From contig JAUSNP010000006.1 in NCBI GenBank assembly GCA_030645735.1, positions 260,824-324,823 on the forward strand: a DNA stretch of 64,000 bases, in the 5' to 3' direction. Source of the DNA: Candidatus Moraniibacteriota bacterium. Its GTDB lineage: Bacteria; Patescibacteriota; Minisyncoccia; Moranbacterales; UBA2206. Positions 9,406 to 18,387 of the stretch are shown here, in pieces. Numbering within the stretch: position 1 is the stretch's first letter; every line of letters begins with the position of its first letter. The notes below the pieces were generated by a model that made no database searches, had not been told where the DNA came from, and saw only the letters and a program-made list of their open reading frames with translations. A program made the translations under genes and the position numbers.

Positions 9406-9876
9406 TTATTCTGATAAATTATTTATATAGTCTACAAATTTCATTCCGACTTCAGCCTTTTCATCCAAAACCATGATTCCACTGTGATCCGAGCCCAACC
9501 CAAGTTCATCCGCTGCGCAGAGCATTCCAAAAGATTTCACCCCGCGAATTTCGGCTTCTTTGATTTCAAGCCCATTGGACAATTTTGTTCCAACCGTTGC
9601 AACTGGCACAAGCTGACCAACTTGAATATTCGGCGCGCCACAGACAATTTGCAAAATTTCTCCTCCGATGTCTGTTTTTGTCACCTGCAACCTGTCAGCA
9701 TTAGGATGTTTTTCGATTTCCAAAATTCTACCCACCACCACGCCATCAAATTTCTGGGTCTGTTTTTCCAAGCCTTCAATTTCAGAAGAATCCACAGCCA
9801 AATCTTCCCCTTTTTCTTCTGGGGTTGATTTTGTTAGGCCTAAAATATTTTTTAACCAGTTGTAGTTATATTTCAT
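9406..9876 (-). CDS. Stand-alone PheT N-terminal tRNA-binding (B1, Myf/CsaA-like OB-fold) domain protein
   Basis: From Met10 of the listed ORF, 156 aa: MKYNYNWLKN..., VVVGRILEIEKHPNADRLQVTKTDIGGEILQIVCGAPNIQVGQLVPVA, GMLCAADELGL. It stops just after the B1 domain. Confidence 0.7.
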   Translation of the reverse strand: MKYNYNWLKNILGLTKSTPEEKGEDLAVDSSEIEGLEKQTQKFDGVVVGRILEIEKHPNADRLQVTKTDIGGEILQIVCGAPNIQVGQLVPVATVGTKLSNGLEIKEAEIRGVKSFGMLCAADELGLGSDHSGIMVLDEKAEVGMKFVDYINNLSE

Positions 9877-10169
9877 ACTTATTTTGCAAATTTTTTGCCT
9901 CATTCAAAGCAAAACATTCAATTTATAAAATTTCTTATTCTATTGCATTTCGATTCTTTTCCTCTTCTAATTCTACTTTCAAATGGGCAAAAAGTCAAAA
10001 CCAGCACAATAAAATAGGAAGGCCGTCAACACACTGGTCGACGGCCTAAAAAAGCAAAATCCTACATAATAAAGTTGTTCCTTTGTGCAACTTTATTCTA
10101 GCTCTGTTTTTCATTTTTCTGATACTTGGCAGTATCTTAAAATAATAACAAATTCCAAATAGATGAAAC

Positions 10170-10358
10170 CTAGTCACTTATCCCCTCCTCCCCATATTCA
10201 ACATAAATAACATGAACACCGCTTTCCTCAACTACCGAGTATCGAGTTAGCCCGCGTTTGATTGCATGCTCCTCAGCTTCATGCCTATCAAATGGAATTT
10301 TACGCCAAGCCACGGGATGTGGCTTTTCTAGTTCGCTTTTCATAACTAGCTCTGCCAC
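10170..10358 (-). CDS. Small hypothetical protein (about 62 aa), possibly DUF4258-like
   Basis: The listed ORF starts at TTG. A likelier start is the GTG at 10356-10358, 5 nt after GGAGGT. A rho-independent terminator hairpin (10021-10047) lies downstream. Confidence 0.35.
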   Translation of the reverse strand: MAELVMKSELEKPHPVAWRKIPFDRHEAEEHAIKRGLTRYSVVEESGVHVIYVEYGEEGISD

Positions 10359-10413
10359 GTCACACCTCCGTTTCAAAAATTTAAGTTTTTAAACAACCGA
10401 AGAAATATTCTAT

Positions 10414-11598
10414 CTAAAAAACAATTTTTGCAAAACCAAATTTTCCAACTTTCAAAACTGCGCCGTCATCAGATTTCGTCAAAACTTTCTGCCAGTCAGA
10501 TTCACGCGTGCCATTGATCTCCAATCCACCTTGTTCGATTTTTCGACGCGCCTCTCCATTACTCTTGGCCAAATCAGCCAATACTAAAAATTCAATCACC
10601 TTAATTTCTTCCCTATCCACCTTTACCTCCTTTACCTCCTCAGGTAGCTCCTTATTCGAAATTGTTTTCACAAAATATTCCTTGGCTTTTTCTGCCTCAA
10701 TTTCTCCATGATAAATCTTCACAATTTCTTGCGCCAAAACAATTTTAGCATCCCGCGGATTTTCCAGTTGCAAGAGTTTTTCGACTTCTTCCATTGGAAT
10801 TCTGGTACAATGGATTAGATATTCTTGCAGTAAAGAATCTGGGATGCTCATTATTTTTCCAAACATACTATTTGAGTCATCCAAAAGATTGATAGTGTTT
10901 CCCCAACTTGAACTCATCTTTCGACCATCTGTTCCAGAAATAATGTTGGTCATCAAAATGTCTTGTGGTTTTTGTCCAAATTTTTCTTGCAAAACTCTAC
11001 CAGCCAACAAATTGAATCGCTGGTCTTGTCCGCCCAATTCAACATCCGCTCGCAATTCCACACTGTCATAGCCTTGCATCAACGGATACAAAACTTCTCG
11101 CAAAGAAACTCGCTTGCCAGCGTCTAATCTTTTTTTGATATTATCTCTCGAAATAAATTCATGCAAAGAAAAACAATCAGCGTGCTCGCCAATTTCACGA
11201 TATCCCAATTTGTTCAACCAATCTGCATTATATACGACCTCAACTTTGCTCATATCCAAAAGCTTTCCGGCTTGCTCAGCATAGGCCTGCATATTTTTTT
11301 CTACCATTTCTTGAACCAACATTGGTCGCTCTGAGTCTTTGTCTGAAGTATCGCCAATCACCCCAGTAGCATTTCCCACCAAAAGAATGATGTGATGTCC
11401 CAATTCTTGCAGATCTTTCAATTTCAAAAGCAAAACCGCCCGGCCAATATGAATGTTTGGACTAGTCGGATCCATGCCAAACTTTATTCTCAGTTTTTCA
11501 CCGGAAAGTAGTTTTTTTCTTAAACTGTCTTTATTGATAGCCTCGGCAACGCCACGGCTCAAGATCTCATCTATTTGATTTTCCAAGTTTTTTTCCAT
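10414..11598 (-). CDS. tyrS: Tyrosine--tRNA ligase with C-terminal S4 domain
   Basis: HIGH-region GMDPTSPNIHIGRAV and the KMSSS motif. The listed ORF begins at a non-ATG codon; the first ATG is at 11598. Confidence 0.85.
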   Translation of the reverse strand: MEKNLENQIDEILSRGVAEAINKDSLRKKLLSGEKLRIKFGMDPTSPNIHIGRAVLLLKLKDLQELGHHIILLVGNATGVIGDTSDKDSERPMLVQEMVEKNMQAYAEQAGKLLDMSKVEVVYNADWLNKLGYREIGEHADCFSLHEFISRDNIKKRLDAGKRVSLREVLYPLMQGYDSVELRADVELGGQDQRFNLLAGRVLQEKFGQKPQDILMTNIISGTDGRKMSSSWGNTINLLDDSNSMFGKIMSIPDSLLQEYLIHCTRIPMEEVEKLLQLENPRDAKIVLAQEIVKIYHGEIEAEKAKEYFVKTISNKELPEEVKEVKVDREEIKVIEFLVLADLAKSNGEARRKIEQGGLEINGTRESDWQKVLTKSDDGAVLKVGKFGFAKIVF

Positions 11599-11646
11599 AT
11601 GTAAATAATACCAGCCTAAAGGCTTTCTTGCAACACTAATCAAAAT

Positions 11647-11678
11647 AAAACCAGCTTATTTGAAATAAGCTGGTTTTT
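11647..11678. terminator. Bidirectional intrinsic-terminator hairpin
   Basis: AAACCAGCTTATTTGAAATAAGCTGGTTT flanked by A and T runs, between the dsbA-like stop and the tyrS start. Confidence 0.5.
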
Positions 11679-11693
11679 ATATGAAAAGCTAGA

Positions 11694-12710
11694 TTATTGT
11701 CCAAATTTTTCATCAATTGTGCCTTGCAGGTCATCTTTACTGACTACGCCATTTTTGAGTTGATCATTGATGAAAGTGGCTGGTGTGCCAGAAAGTCCCA
11801 GACTGTCCGCCTCAACTTTGTTGGCATCAATGACAGATTGATATTGCTTTGAATCTAGACACTTGTTGAATTTATTGGTATCCAACTTGAGCGCTCGAGC
11901 ATAGTCCTTGAATTTTTGTGTGCCGGTGGTTTTACCCCATTCAGCCTGCGTGGCATAGAGCTTGTCGCCAAATTCCCAGAATTTATTTTGTTCCTGAGCG
12001 CAAGAGGCAGCCAAGGCCGCGCTATTGGCTTGTGGATGACTAGAAAGTGGCAAATGCTTATAGACAAACAAAGTCTTCTCGCCATAGGCCTTCATCGTTT
12101 CACGCACCGTGCTCCACATAAGCTTGCAATATGGGCATTGGAAATCTGAAAAAATCACCACTTTGACGGCTGAGTCTGTTTTGCCAAAAGTCGCATCATT
12201 TTCATTGACAGTCGGAGTTTGCAAATATTTCCCTGGTTCCAATCCCAATTCTTGAGTTTTCAAAACATAGTCTTCTTCTTTCTGATCAAACAAAACATTG
12301 GCTTGCGCAAAAAATTCTGTTTCTTCCAATCCCTTGTCAAAAATAAACGCTGGCAAAGTTTTGATGCTAAATTTCTCAATCAAATATTTTCCGTCCTGAC
12401 TGTTGGCATCCACTTCCTCCACTGCGATAGTTGGCAACACGCGATGGAACCACACCAACACTTCCGATGGATCACAGGCCACGCACGCATCATCACTCAA
12501 AACTTTCACGTTCATAGCTGGCTCACTATAGGCTACCCAGGTTTTGCCATTGGCTTCGAAGATGTCAGACTTGTTCAGATTTTTGGCAGAAAAACCGCCA
12601 CCCCGCACAACTTGCGCCACATCCACGAAAAGACTGCCCACAAAAAGTCCGGCCAACAAAATCACAATTGAGATTAGATTTTTAATTTTTGCTTCGTTAT
12701 TATGTTCCAT
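11694..12710 (-). CDS. Membrane-anchored DsbA-family thiol:disulfide oxidoreductase
   Basis: 338 aa. N-terminal transmembrane helix, CPYC active site, and tandem thioredoxin-like halves. Confidence 0.75.
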   Translation of the reverse strand: MEHNNEAKIKNLISIVILLAGLFVGSLFVDVAQVVRGGGFSAKNLNKSDIFEANGKTWVAYSEPAMNVKVLSDDACVACDPSEVLVWFHRVLPTIAVEEVDANSQDGKYLIEKFSIKTLPAFIFDKGLEETEFFAQANVLFDQKEEDYVLKTQELGLEPGKYLQTPTVNENDATFGKTDSAVKVVIFSDFQCPYCKLMWSTVRETMKAYGEKTLFVYKHLPLSSHPQANSAALAASCAQEQNKFWEFGDKLYATQAEWGKTTGTQKFKDYARALKLDTNKFNKCLDSKQYQSVIDANKVEADSLGLSGTPATFINDQLKNGVVSKDDLQGTIDEKFGQ

Positions 12711-12742
12711 AAAATTTATTTGATTTATCTAATTTAAATTGA

Positions 12743-13084
12743 TTATTCAGCTGGTTGATTTTCAGTTGTTTGTTGCTCAATGCTTTTCTTCGCCACCTCC
12801 AGTTGCATTTGATTGAAATCCACATCTTGTTTGACAATTTTCATCTGCCAATCATCATAGCCAATTGTAACTCGACGCGTGGCTTCTGTTTTAATGGCAA
12901 TACCTACTAGGATTCCAAGGATAAACAACAATCCAAATTCAATATAGCGATCCGTTTTTTTCTTGCGCTCAATTTCTTCCGGAGAAATTTCAGCTTCAGA
13001 AAAATCAACTTCGGCAACTTTTTCTATTTTTTCAACTTCTGCTTCCTGCACTGACTCATTCTCAGTTTTTATTTCCTCATCCAT
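12743..13084 (-). CDS. Hypothetical single-pass membrane protein with an acidic N-terminus
   Basis: 113 aa with a central transmembrane helix FGLLFILGILVGIAI. Confidence 0.4.
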   Translation of the reverse strand: MDEEIKTENESVQEAEVEKIEKVAEVDFSEAEISPEEIERKKKTDRYIEFGLLFILGILVGIAIKTEATRRVTIGYDDWQMKIVKQDVDFNQMQLEVAKKSIEQQTTENQPAE

Positions 13085-13267
13085 AAATTTGAATTTTTAC
13101 TAGGATTTATCGACTCCAAACTACTTTTAGATTAGCACAAACAAAAAAGCGCCACAACTTGCGCCCCATTTGCTTCTATTGCGTAATATTTGGTCTTCTG
13201 TATTTAAAAACCGCAGCCCAAGGTTTCCCTAGACTGCGGTTTACTGCATAGGCCCTGCTCGTTGAGT

Positions 13268-13453
13268 TTACAATATTTCAACGATCATTTTTGCTCCGTC
13301 CAAAACCTCCTTGCCCTTAGATTCGCCACTAGCGATATCTCGGACAAACTGCTTTAAAAGACCCTCCCTAAGCCCCGATGCCTCAACACCATCCTTCTTT
13401 GACAATGCAACCTTGATTCCATTGATTCTGTTTCCAATGTGTTCCAGTGTCAT
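13268..13453 (-). CDS. Small hypothetical protein (61 aa)
   Basis: Strong Shine-Dalgarno GGGAGGATGA before the ATG. A downstream hairpin plus T-run sits at 13208-13245 on the minus strand. GC about 47%. Confidence 0.4.
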   Translation of the reverse strand: MTLEHIGNRINGIKVALSKKDGVEASGLREGLLKQFVRDIASGESKGKEVLDGAKMIVEIL

Positions 13454-13582
13454 TATTCATCCTCCCGCTAAATTAATATCGCATAAACGACTCAATTACC
13501 TGCTTAGAAAAGTACTGTTCTAAAAGGAGATTATCATAAGTCTACTCGAAATGCAACTTGAATATCTATAGCTTTTATATTG

Positions 13583-14833
13583 TTACTCTTTGCGCAAGGC
13601 TTCCATCGGACTCAAAAGTGAAGCCTTGCGAGCTGGATAGAGTCCAAAAAGCACACCTGTGACCACCGAGAAACCCACGCCCAACAAAACTGAATAACCC
13701 GAAACGACAAAGTCCACAGCAAAACCAAAGTTGTGGGCGACTTTGCTTGCCAAAAATGCCAAACCGGCTCCCAACGCAATTCCGACCAATCCGCCTATGA
13801 CTGTGATGAAAATCGCTTCAAACAAAAACTGTTTCAAGATGATGGAATTTTTGGCACCCACCGCTTTGCGCAAACCAATCTCAGCTGTTCGCTCAGTGAC
13901 CGAAACATACATCACATTCATGATTCCCACCCCGCCTACAATCAAAGAAATCGAAGTCAAAGAAAGCAACAATGCATTGACAATCAAAAAGACTTTATCC
14001 AAAATGCCAGCCACCTCCGTGATGGAAGTGATGGCAAAATCATCTTTGTTGGGATCAGTGATTTTGTGTCGTTGTCGCATCAATCCATTGGCTTCATCGA
14101 TTGTCGCATCAGTTTGAGCCTTGTCTTTCATTTTTATAACCGAAGATTGGACATAATCAATGCCAGCAATTTTTTTCTGATAGGTGCGCATCGGCACATA
14201 GGCCAATTCATCGAAATTGAAAAAGCCTGTCGCCCCGCGTTCTTGCAGATAGCCAATCACACGATAATTGGCACCTTTGAGCTTGATATTTTTCCCAACT
14301 GGATTCTCATCAGCAAAAAGCGCCGTCTTGACCGCACTGCCCAAAACAATCACCTGATCCAAACTTTTATCCTCCTCGTCAGTAAATCCAACTCCACCAG
14401 CAAATTTCGTCTGCTGATCAATATCAAAAATTTGTGAAGTAGTCGCATACAGCATCGTCTGCTTGGTTTCCGGACCATAACTCGCAATAGCCTGTCCGAT
14501 ACTAGCCGCGTACCAGCCCGCTACATTGGACAATTTTCCCACGGCCTCAATATCTTCAATTTTCAAAGTTGTCACTGAACCACTCGAACTGCCTTGGATA
14601 TTCTTAGTTGAAGTCTTGCTTACTTGCGGTACCTTGACTTCCAAAGCAATGATGTCTGTGCCGAAGGCTTCAATTTGACCAACAATATAACCCTTCACGC
14701 CCAAACCAAATGACAAAACAACAATCACCGCCACCACGCCAATCACAATACCCAAAATCGACAAAGTCGTCCGACCAACATTGGCGCGCAGATTGTTGAG
14801 AGCTAATTTAATTGAAGTTACTATCTCATGCAT
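13583..14833 (-). CDS. ABC transporter permease, FtsX/MacB family
   Basis: 416 aa. N-terminal transmembrane helix, large periplasmic domain, C-terminal FtsX 3-TM bundle. Confidence 0.85.
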   Translation of the reverse strand: MHEIVTSIKLALNNLRANVGRTTLSILGIVIGVVAVIVVLSFGLGVKGYIVGQIEAFGTDIIALEVKVPQVSKTSTKNIQGSSSGSVTTLKIEDIEAVGKLSNVAGWYAASIGQAIASYGPETKQTMLYATTSQIFDIDQQTKFAGGVGFTDEEDKSLDQVIVLGSAVKTALFADENPVGKNIKLKGANYRVIGYLQERGATGFFNFDELAYVPMRTYQKKIAGIDYVQSSVIKMKDKAQTDATIDEANGLMRQRHKITDPNKDDFAITSITEVAGILDKVFLIVNALLLSLTSISLIVGGVGIMNVMYVSVTERTAEIGLRKAVGAKNSIILKQFLFEAIFITVIGGLVGIALGAGLAFLASKVAHNFGFAVDFVVSGYSVLLGVGFSVVTGVLFGLYPARKASLLSPMEALRKE

Positions 14834-14845
14834 AATATGATTCTT

Positions 14846-14950
14846 GTCATTCCGGCCTTGAGCCGGAATCTACTTATTGTAATTGCGAATTTAAATTTAA
14901 TTCAATGAAACACAGGGCAGATCCCGGGTCAAGCCCGGGATGACATTTTT
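14846..14950. mobile_element. MITE-like element with about 24-bp terminal inverted repeats, copy 1
   Basis: TGTCATTCCGGCCTTGAGCCGGAAT ... ATCCCGGGTCAAGCCCGGGATGACA. Each terminus is itself a hairpin. About 80% identical to the reverse complement of 56225-56320. Confidence 0.6.
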
Positions 14951-14955
14951 TTAAT

Positions 14956-16206
14956 TTATTCATATCTAAGCGCTTCCATTGGCGAAATTTTAGCAGCTTT
15001 GCGAGCTGGATAGAGTCCGAAAATGAATCCAATAGCAATTGAAACCGATGTCGCCACCAAGACCGATTGTCCGGAAACAATAAACTGCCAGTCATAACCC
15101 ATAAAATTCGTCACTACCGTAGAAATTATAAACGCCAGCGCAATACCCAAGACAATGCCGATTATGCCACCCGCTAGGGTTATCGTGGCCGATTCAATCA
15201 AAAACTGCAACATGATTGTGCCATTCTTAGCTCCCACGGCTTTACGCAACCCAACCTCACGAATGCGCTGATTGACTGAAATAAGCATAATATTCATAAT
15301 CCCCACTCCGCCAACTAGCAATGAAATTGAACCAACTGACAGCAAAAAATATTTCAAAATATCCGTGATGTTGGAAATGATCTTCAAAGCTGAAGCGGTG
15401 TCGCGCACCGAGAAATCATCATCCTTGGGATTTTTGATATCGTGCTGAATGCGCATGGTCTTGGCCACATCCTCCTTAGCCGCCGCAATTTCATCTGGAT
15501 TGGCAATTTTCAAACGGATATAGGACAAATGATCGATGCCCAAAATTATTTTTTGCGCCGTTTTGAGTGGCATCATAATCGCGTCGCTTGAACCACCTAC
15601 GCCAAACCCTGCGCTACCCTTGTCTTTCAACACTCCTACCACTGTGAAATTCTCGTCTTTCACTTTGATTTTTTTATTCAAGGCATCATCAATACCAAAT
15701 AAATCTTTCTTAGCGCCCGCACCTAACACGACAATGCGCGAAAGACTCACATCATCTTCTGGTACAAAAAAACGGCCTTGTTCCAATTCAACATTTTCCA
15801 CATTGATATAATCATGCGTCACGCCCATCACTGAAAAAGAAAAATCATTTTTTTGATAGCTCACTGTCTGCACGCCTTGCGCATAAGCACAGCCCGTTTC
15901 AACTTCGGGCACATTTTTCTTGTCCATCAAGGCTAAAAAATCCTCATACTTCAAAGTTGTGATGATGATGCCCAAGGCTTGTGCCGGTGGACCTTTTTCA
16001 TCCGAAGCACCAGGCAAAACTCCCACCAAATTTGAACCGATACCCGACACTTGATCCAAAATCAAAGTCTGCGCCGAACTGCCAATCGCCATAATCACAA
16101 TCACCGACGCCACGCCAATAATAATTCCCAGCACCGTCAAAAACGACCGAAATTTATTCGCCACCAAATTCCTATATGAAATTTTAACCGGATCCAAGAC
16201 TCGCAT
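14956..16206 (-). CDS. ABC transporter permease, FtsX/MacB family (paralog)
   Basis: 416 aa with the same topology as 13583..14833. Confidence 0.85.
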   Translation of the reverse strand: MRVLDPVKISYRNLVANKFRSFLTVLGIIIGVASVIVIMAIGSSAQTLILDQVSGIGSNLVGVLPGASDEKGPPAQALGIIITTLKYEDFLALMDKKNVPEVETGCAYAQGVQTVSYQKNDFSFSVMGVTHDYINVENVELEQGRFFVPEDDVSLSRIVVLGAGAKKDLFGIDDALNKKIKVKDENFTVVGVLKDKGSAGFGVGGSSDAIMMPLKTAQKIILGIDHLSYIRLKIANPDEIAAAKEDVAKTMRIQHDIKNPKDDDFSVRDTASALKIISNITDILKYFLLSVGSISLLVGGVGIMNIMLISVNQRIREVGLRKAVGAKNGTIMLQFLIESATITLAGGIIGIVLGIALAFIISTVVTNFMGYDWQFIVSGQSVLVATSVSIAIGFIFGLYPARKAAKISPMEALRYE

Positions 16207-16224
16207 AGCTCGTAAATCTCTAAT

Positions 16225-16950
16225 TTACTTTAAAAGTTCTCCGTCCATTGCAAAACGACGTGTAGTAATTTCTTTGTCGGAAACGATACCACCATCTTTC
16301 ATCAAGATGATGCGCTTGCCGTGTTCAGCAGTGAAGGTTTCGTGAGTGACGAGGATGATGGTTTTGCCAGCGTCGTTTAGGCCTTGCAAAATTTTCATGA
16401 CTTGCGTGCCGGATTTGGAGTCCAAGTTGCCGGTTGGCTCATCGGCAAAAATCACGCTGGGGTCATTGACCAAAGCGCGTGCAATGGCGACGCGTTGTCG
16501 CTCACCACCAGACAATTGATTGGAAAAATAATCCTTGCGATGTTCCATTCCCACGCTGCGCAAAGCTGACAAGACTTTGGCTGAATTGTCACCTGAGACA
16601 TCGCCATCATACAAAAGCGGCAACTCCACATTTTCATAAACCGTGGTGCGTGGCAACAGATTGAAAGTCTGGAAAACAAAACCGACTTTTTTGTTGCGAA
16701 TCTCCGCCAATTCATCATCCGAAAAACCGTTGGCATTTTGACCTTGAAATATATATTCTCCGCCCGTGGCGCGATCCAAAAAACCCAACATTTGCATCAA
16801 GGTTGATTTGCCCGAACCCGACGGCCCCATGATTGAAACAAATTCTCCCTCTGCCACATTGAAAGTCACACCGCAAACCGCCCGCGTCGAAACCCCCTCA
16901 TTCTCATAAGTCTTGCACAGATTCTTAACTTGGATTAATTGACTTGTCAT
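16225..16950 (-). CDS. ABC transporter ATP-binding protein (MacB/LolD-type)
   Basis: Walker A GPSGSGKST, signature LSGGERQRVAIARAL, Walker B IFADEPT. Confidence 0.9.
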   Translation of the reverse strand: MTSQLIQVKNLCKTYENEGVSTRAVCGVTFNVAEGEFVSIMGPSGSGKSTLMQMLGFLDRATGGEYIFQGQNANGFSDDELAEIRNKKVGFVFQTFNLLPRTTVYENVELPLLYDGDVSGDNSAKVLSALRSVGMEHRKDYFSNQLSGGERQRVAIARALVNDPSVIFADEPTGNLDSKSGTQVMKILQGLNDAGKTIILVTHETFTAEHGKRIILMKDGGIVSDKEITTRRFAMDGELLK

Positions 16951-16951
16951 C

Positions 16952-17950
16952 CTAGTTTGTTTTCGTAAAAGTCACAACCTTCTCCCCTGCTTTCAAATTA
17001 TTCAAAACTTCTACCATACCATTGTCGCCTGACAAACCAGTTTCAACATACACCTTTTCAACAGAGACGCCATCTGCTTTCAAAACTTCCACATATTGTC
17101 GTAGACCCTCGGTCTTAACTGCTCTTTGTGGAATCATCAAAACATCCTCAGCTTGCGCTGTCAAAACATCCACATTGCAACTCATGCCGATTTTGAGTCG
17201 CGCATCCGCACTGTCCAATTTCAATTTCACGCGATAATACACCACGTCTTGAATCACTGTTGAAGCTGGGTCAATTTCGACGACTGTCGCAGTGAAAATG
17301 TCTTTTTCAGTCAAAGCATCAAAAGTCACCAAGGCCTTTTGCTCAGTGGCAATTTTCACAATGTCTGCCTCAGGAATATTTGATTCTACAAATAAGTTGT
17401 CCGGATTGGCAATTGTCAGCACGGTTGCATTCATCACGGCTGTTTCATTGAGATCAATTTTTTTCTCAACTACTGTGCCATCCATTGGGGACACCATCAC
17501 TACATCACGCATTTGTCGCAAAACCGCATCACGCGCCGCCTCAAATTTCTGCACCACTGCTTTTTGCGCAACACGTTGGTCCCTTGAATACACATCATTA
17601 CCTTTCATATTATCTAGAGTGTTCTTCTGTGTTTTGATGTCCGCCTGCGCTTGTCGCAATTGTTCATTCAAAACACCTTTTTCAATCACAGCCAAGCGTT
17701 GACCTTTGGTCACCTTGTCACCGATTTCAACATTCATCTGTTCAATCTTGCCCGATGATTTGAATGACAAACCAACACTCTCATCTGATTTGAGTTCGCC
17801 AGTCACAGAAACAGTCTGTGTCAAATTGCCCTTCACCACATCTTCTGTGGTGTAGGTTGTGGTCGGCGCTTTGGGAGCAAAAAGTTTGTAACCACTAAAA
17901 ATCACCGCCGCGATGATAACTAACCAAATTATTTTCTTTTTATATTTCAT
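16952..17950 (-). CDS. Efflux periplasmic adaptor (HlyD/MacA membrane fusion protein family)
   Basis: 332 aa. N-terminal anchor, lipoyl-like beta hairpins, coiled coil, beta-barrel domain. Confidence 0.8.
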   Translation of the reverse strand: MKYKKKIIWLVIIAAVIFSGYKLFAPKAPTTTYTTEDVVKGNLTQTVSVTGELKSDESVGLSFKSSGKIEQMNVEIGDKVTKGQRLAVIEKGVLNEQLRQAQADIKTQKNTLDNMKGNDVYSRDQRVAQKAVVQKFEAARDAVLRQMRDVVMVSPMDGTVVEKKIDLNETAVMNATVLTIANPDNLFVESNIPEADIVKIATEQKALVTFDALTEKDIFTATVVEIDPASTVIQDVVYYRVKLKLDSADARLKIGMSCNVDVLTAQAEDVLMIPQRAVKTEGLRQYVEVLKADGVSVEKVYVETGLSGDNGMVEVLNNLKAGEKVVTFTKTN

Positions 17951-17964
17951 GATTTTTTTTATTA

Positions 17965-18387
17965 CTAAAATAATTTATTTTGCTCCGCGTCCAATGCTTG
18001 ATTCACCAATGCATCCGCCACTTTGTTTCTCTCACGAAAGACATGGGCAAATTCCACGGTTTTGAAATCCAACATCAAATTCCAAATTTCGATGAAAAAT
18101 CTTTGAATCCTTTCATCACTCAATTTATATTCATGATTCAACTGCTTCACCACCAATTCACTATCTAGATAGCACTGAATTTTCGATTGCTTGGAATTTT
18201 TGCCCAAAAGTTGTTTAAGTTTTTTTAAGCCAAAAATCAAAGCCATATATTCAGCTTCGTTATTGGTTTTCACTCCAATACACTCGCCATATTTCTTGCC
18301 GAGCGTTTCTATATAAACCCCAATACCAGCCGGCCCCGGATTGCCCCGTGAACCGCCGTCGGTATACATAACTATTTTTTCATTCAT
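17965..18387 (-). CDS. rnhA: Ribonuclease HI-like
   Basis: 140 aa. Motifs YTDGGSRGNPGPAGIG, NNEAEYMALIFGL, DSELVVKQL, RERNKVADALVNQAL. Confidence 0.8.
   Translation of the reverse strand: MNEKIVMYTDGGSRGNPGPAGIGVYIETLGKKYGECIGVKTNNEAEYMALIFGLKKLKQLLGKNSKQSKIQCYLDSELVVKQLNHEYKLSDERIQRFFIEIWNLMLDFKTVEFAHVFRERNKVADALVNQALDAEQNKLF

Noticed and set aside
13733-14437. Plus-strand 234-aa ORF (and many similar ORFs of 60-230 aa, e.g. 19070..19768, 21835..22320, 22965..23567, 35260..35889, 36199..36711)
   Set aside because: They lie fully antisense to well-supported minus-strand genes (permease, recJ, acs, kinase, ispH, ABC exporter) and have no recognisable homology. Treated as shadow ORFs.
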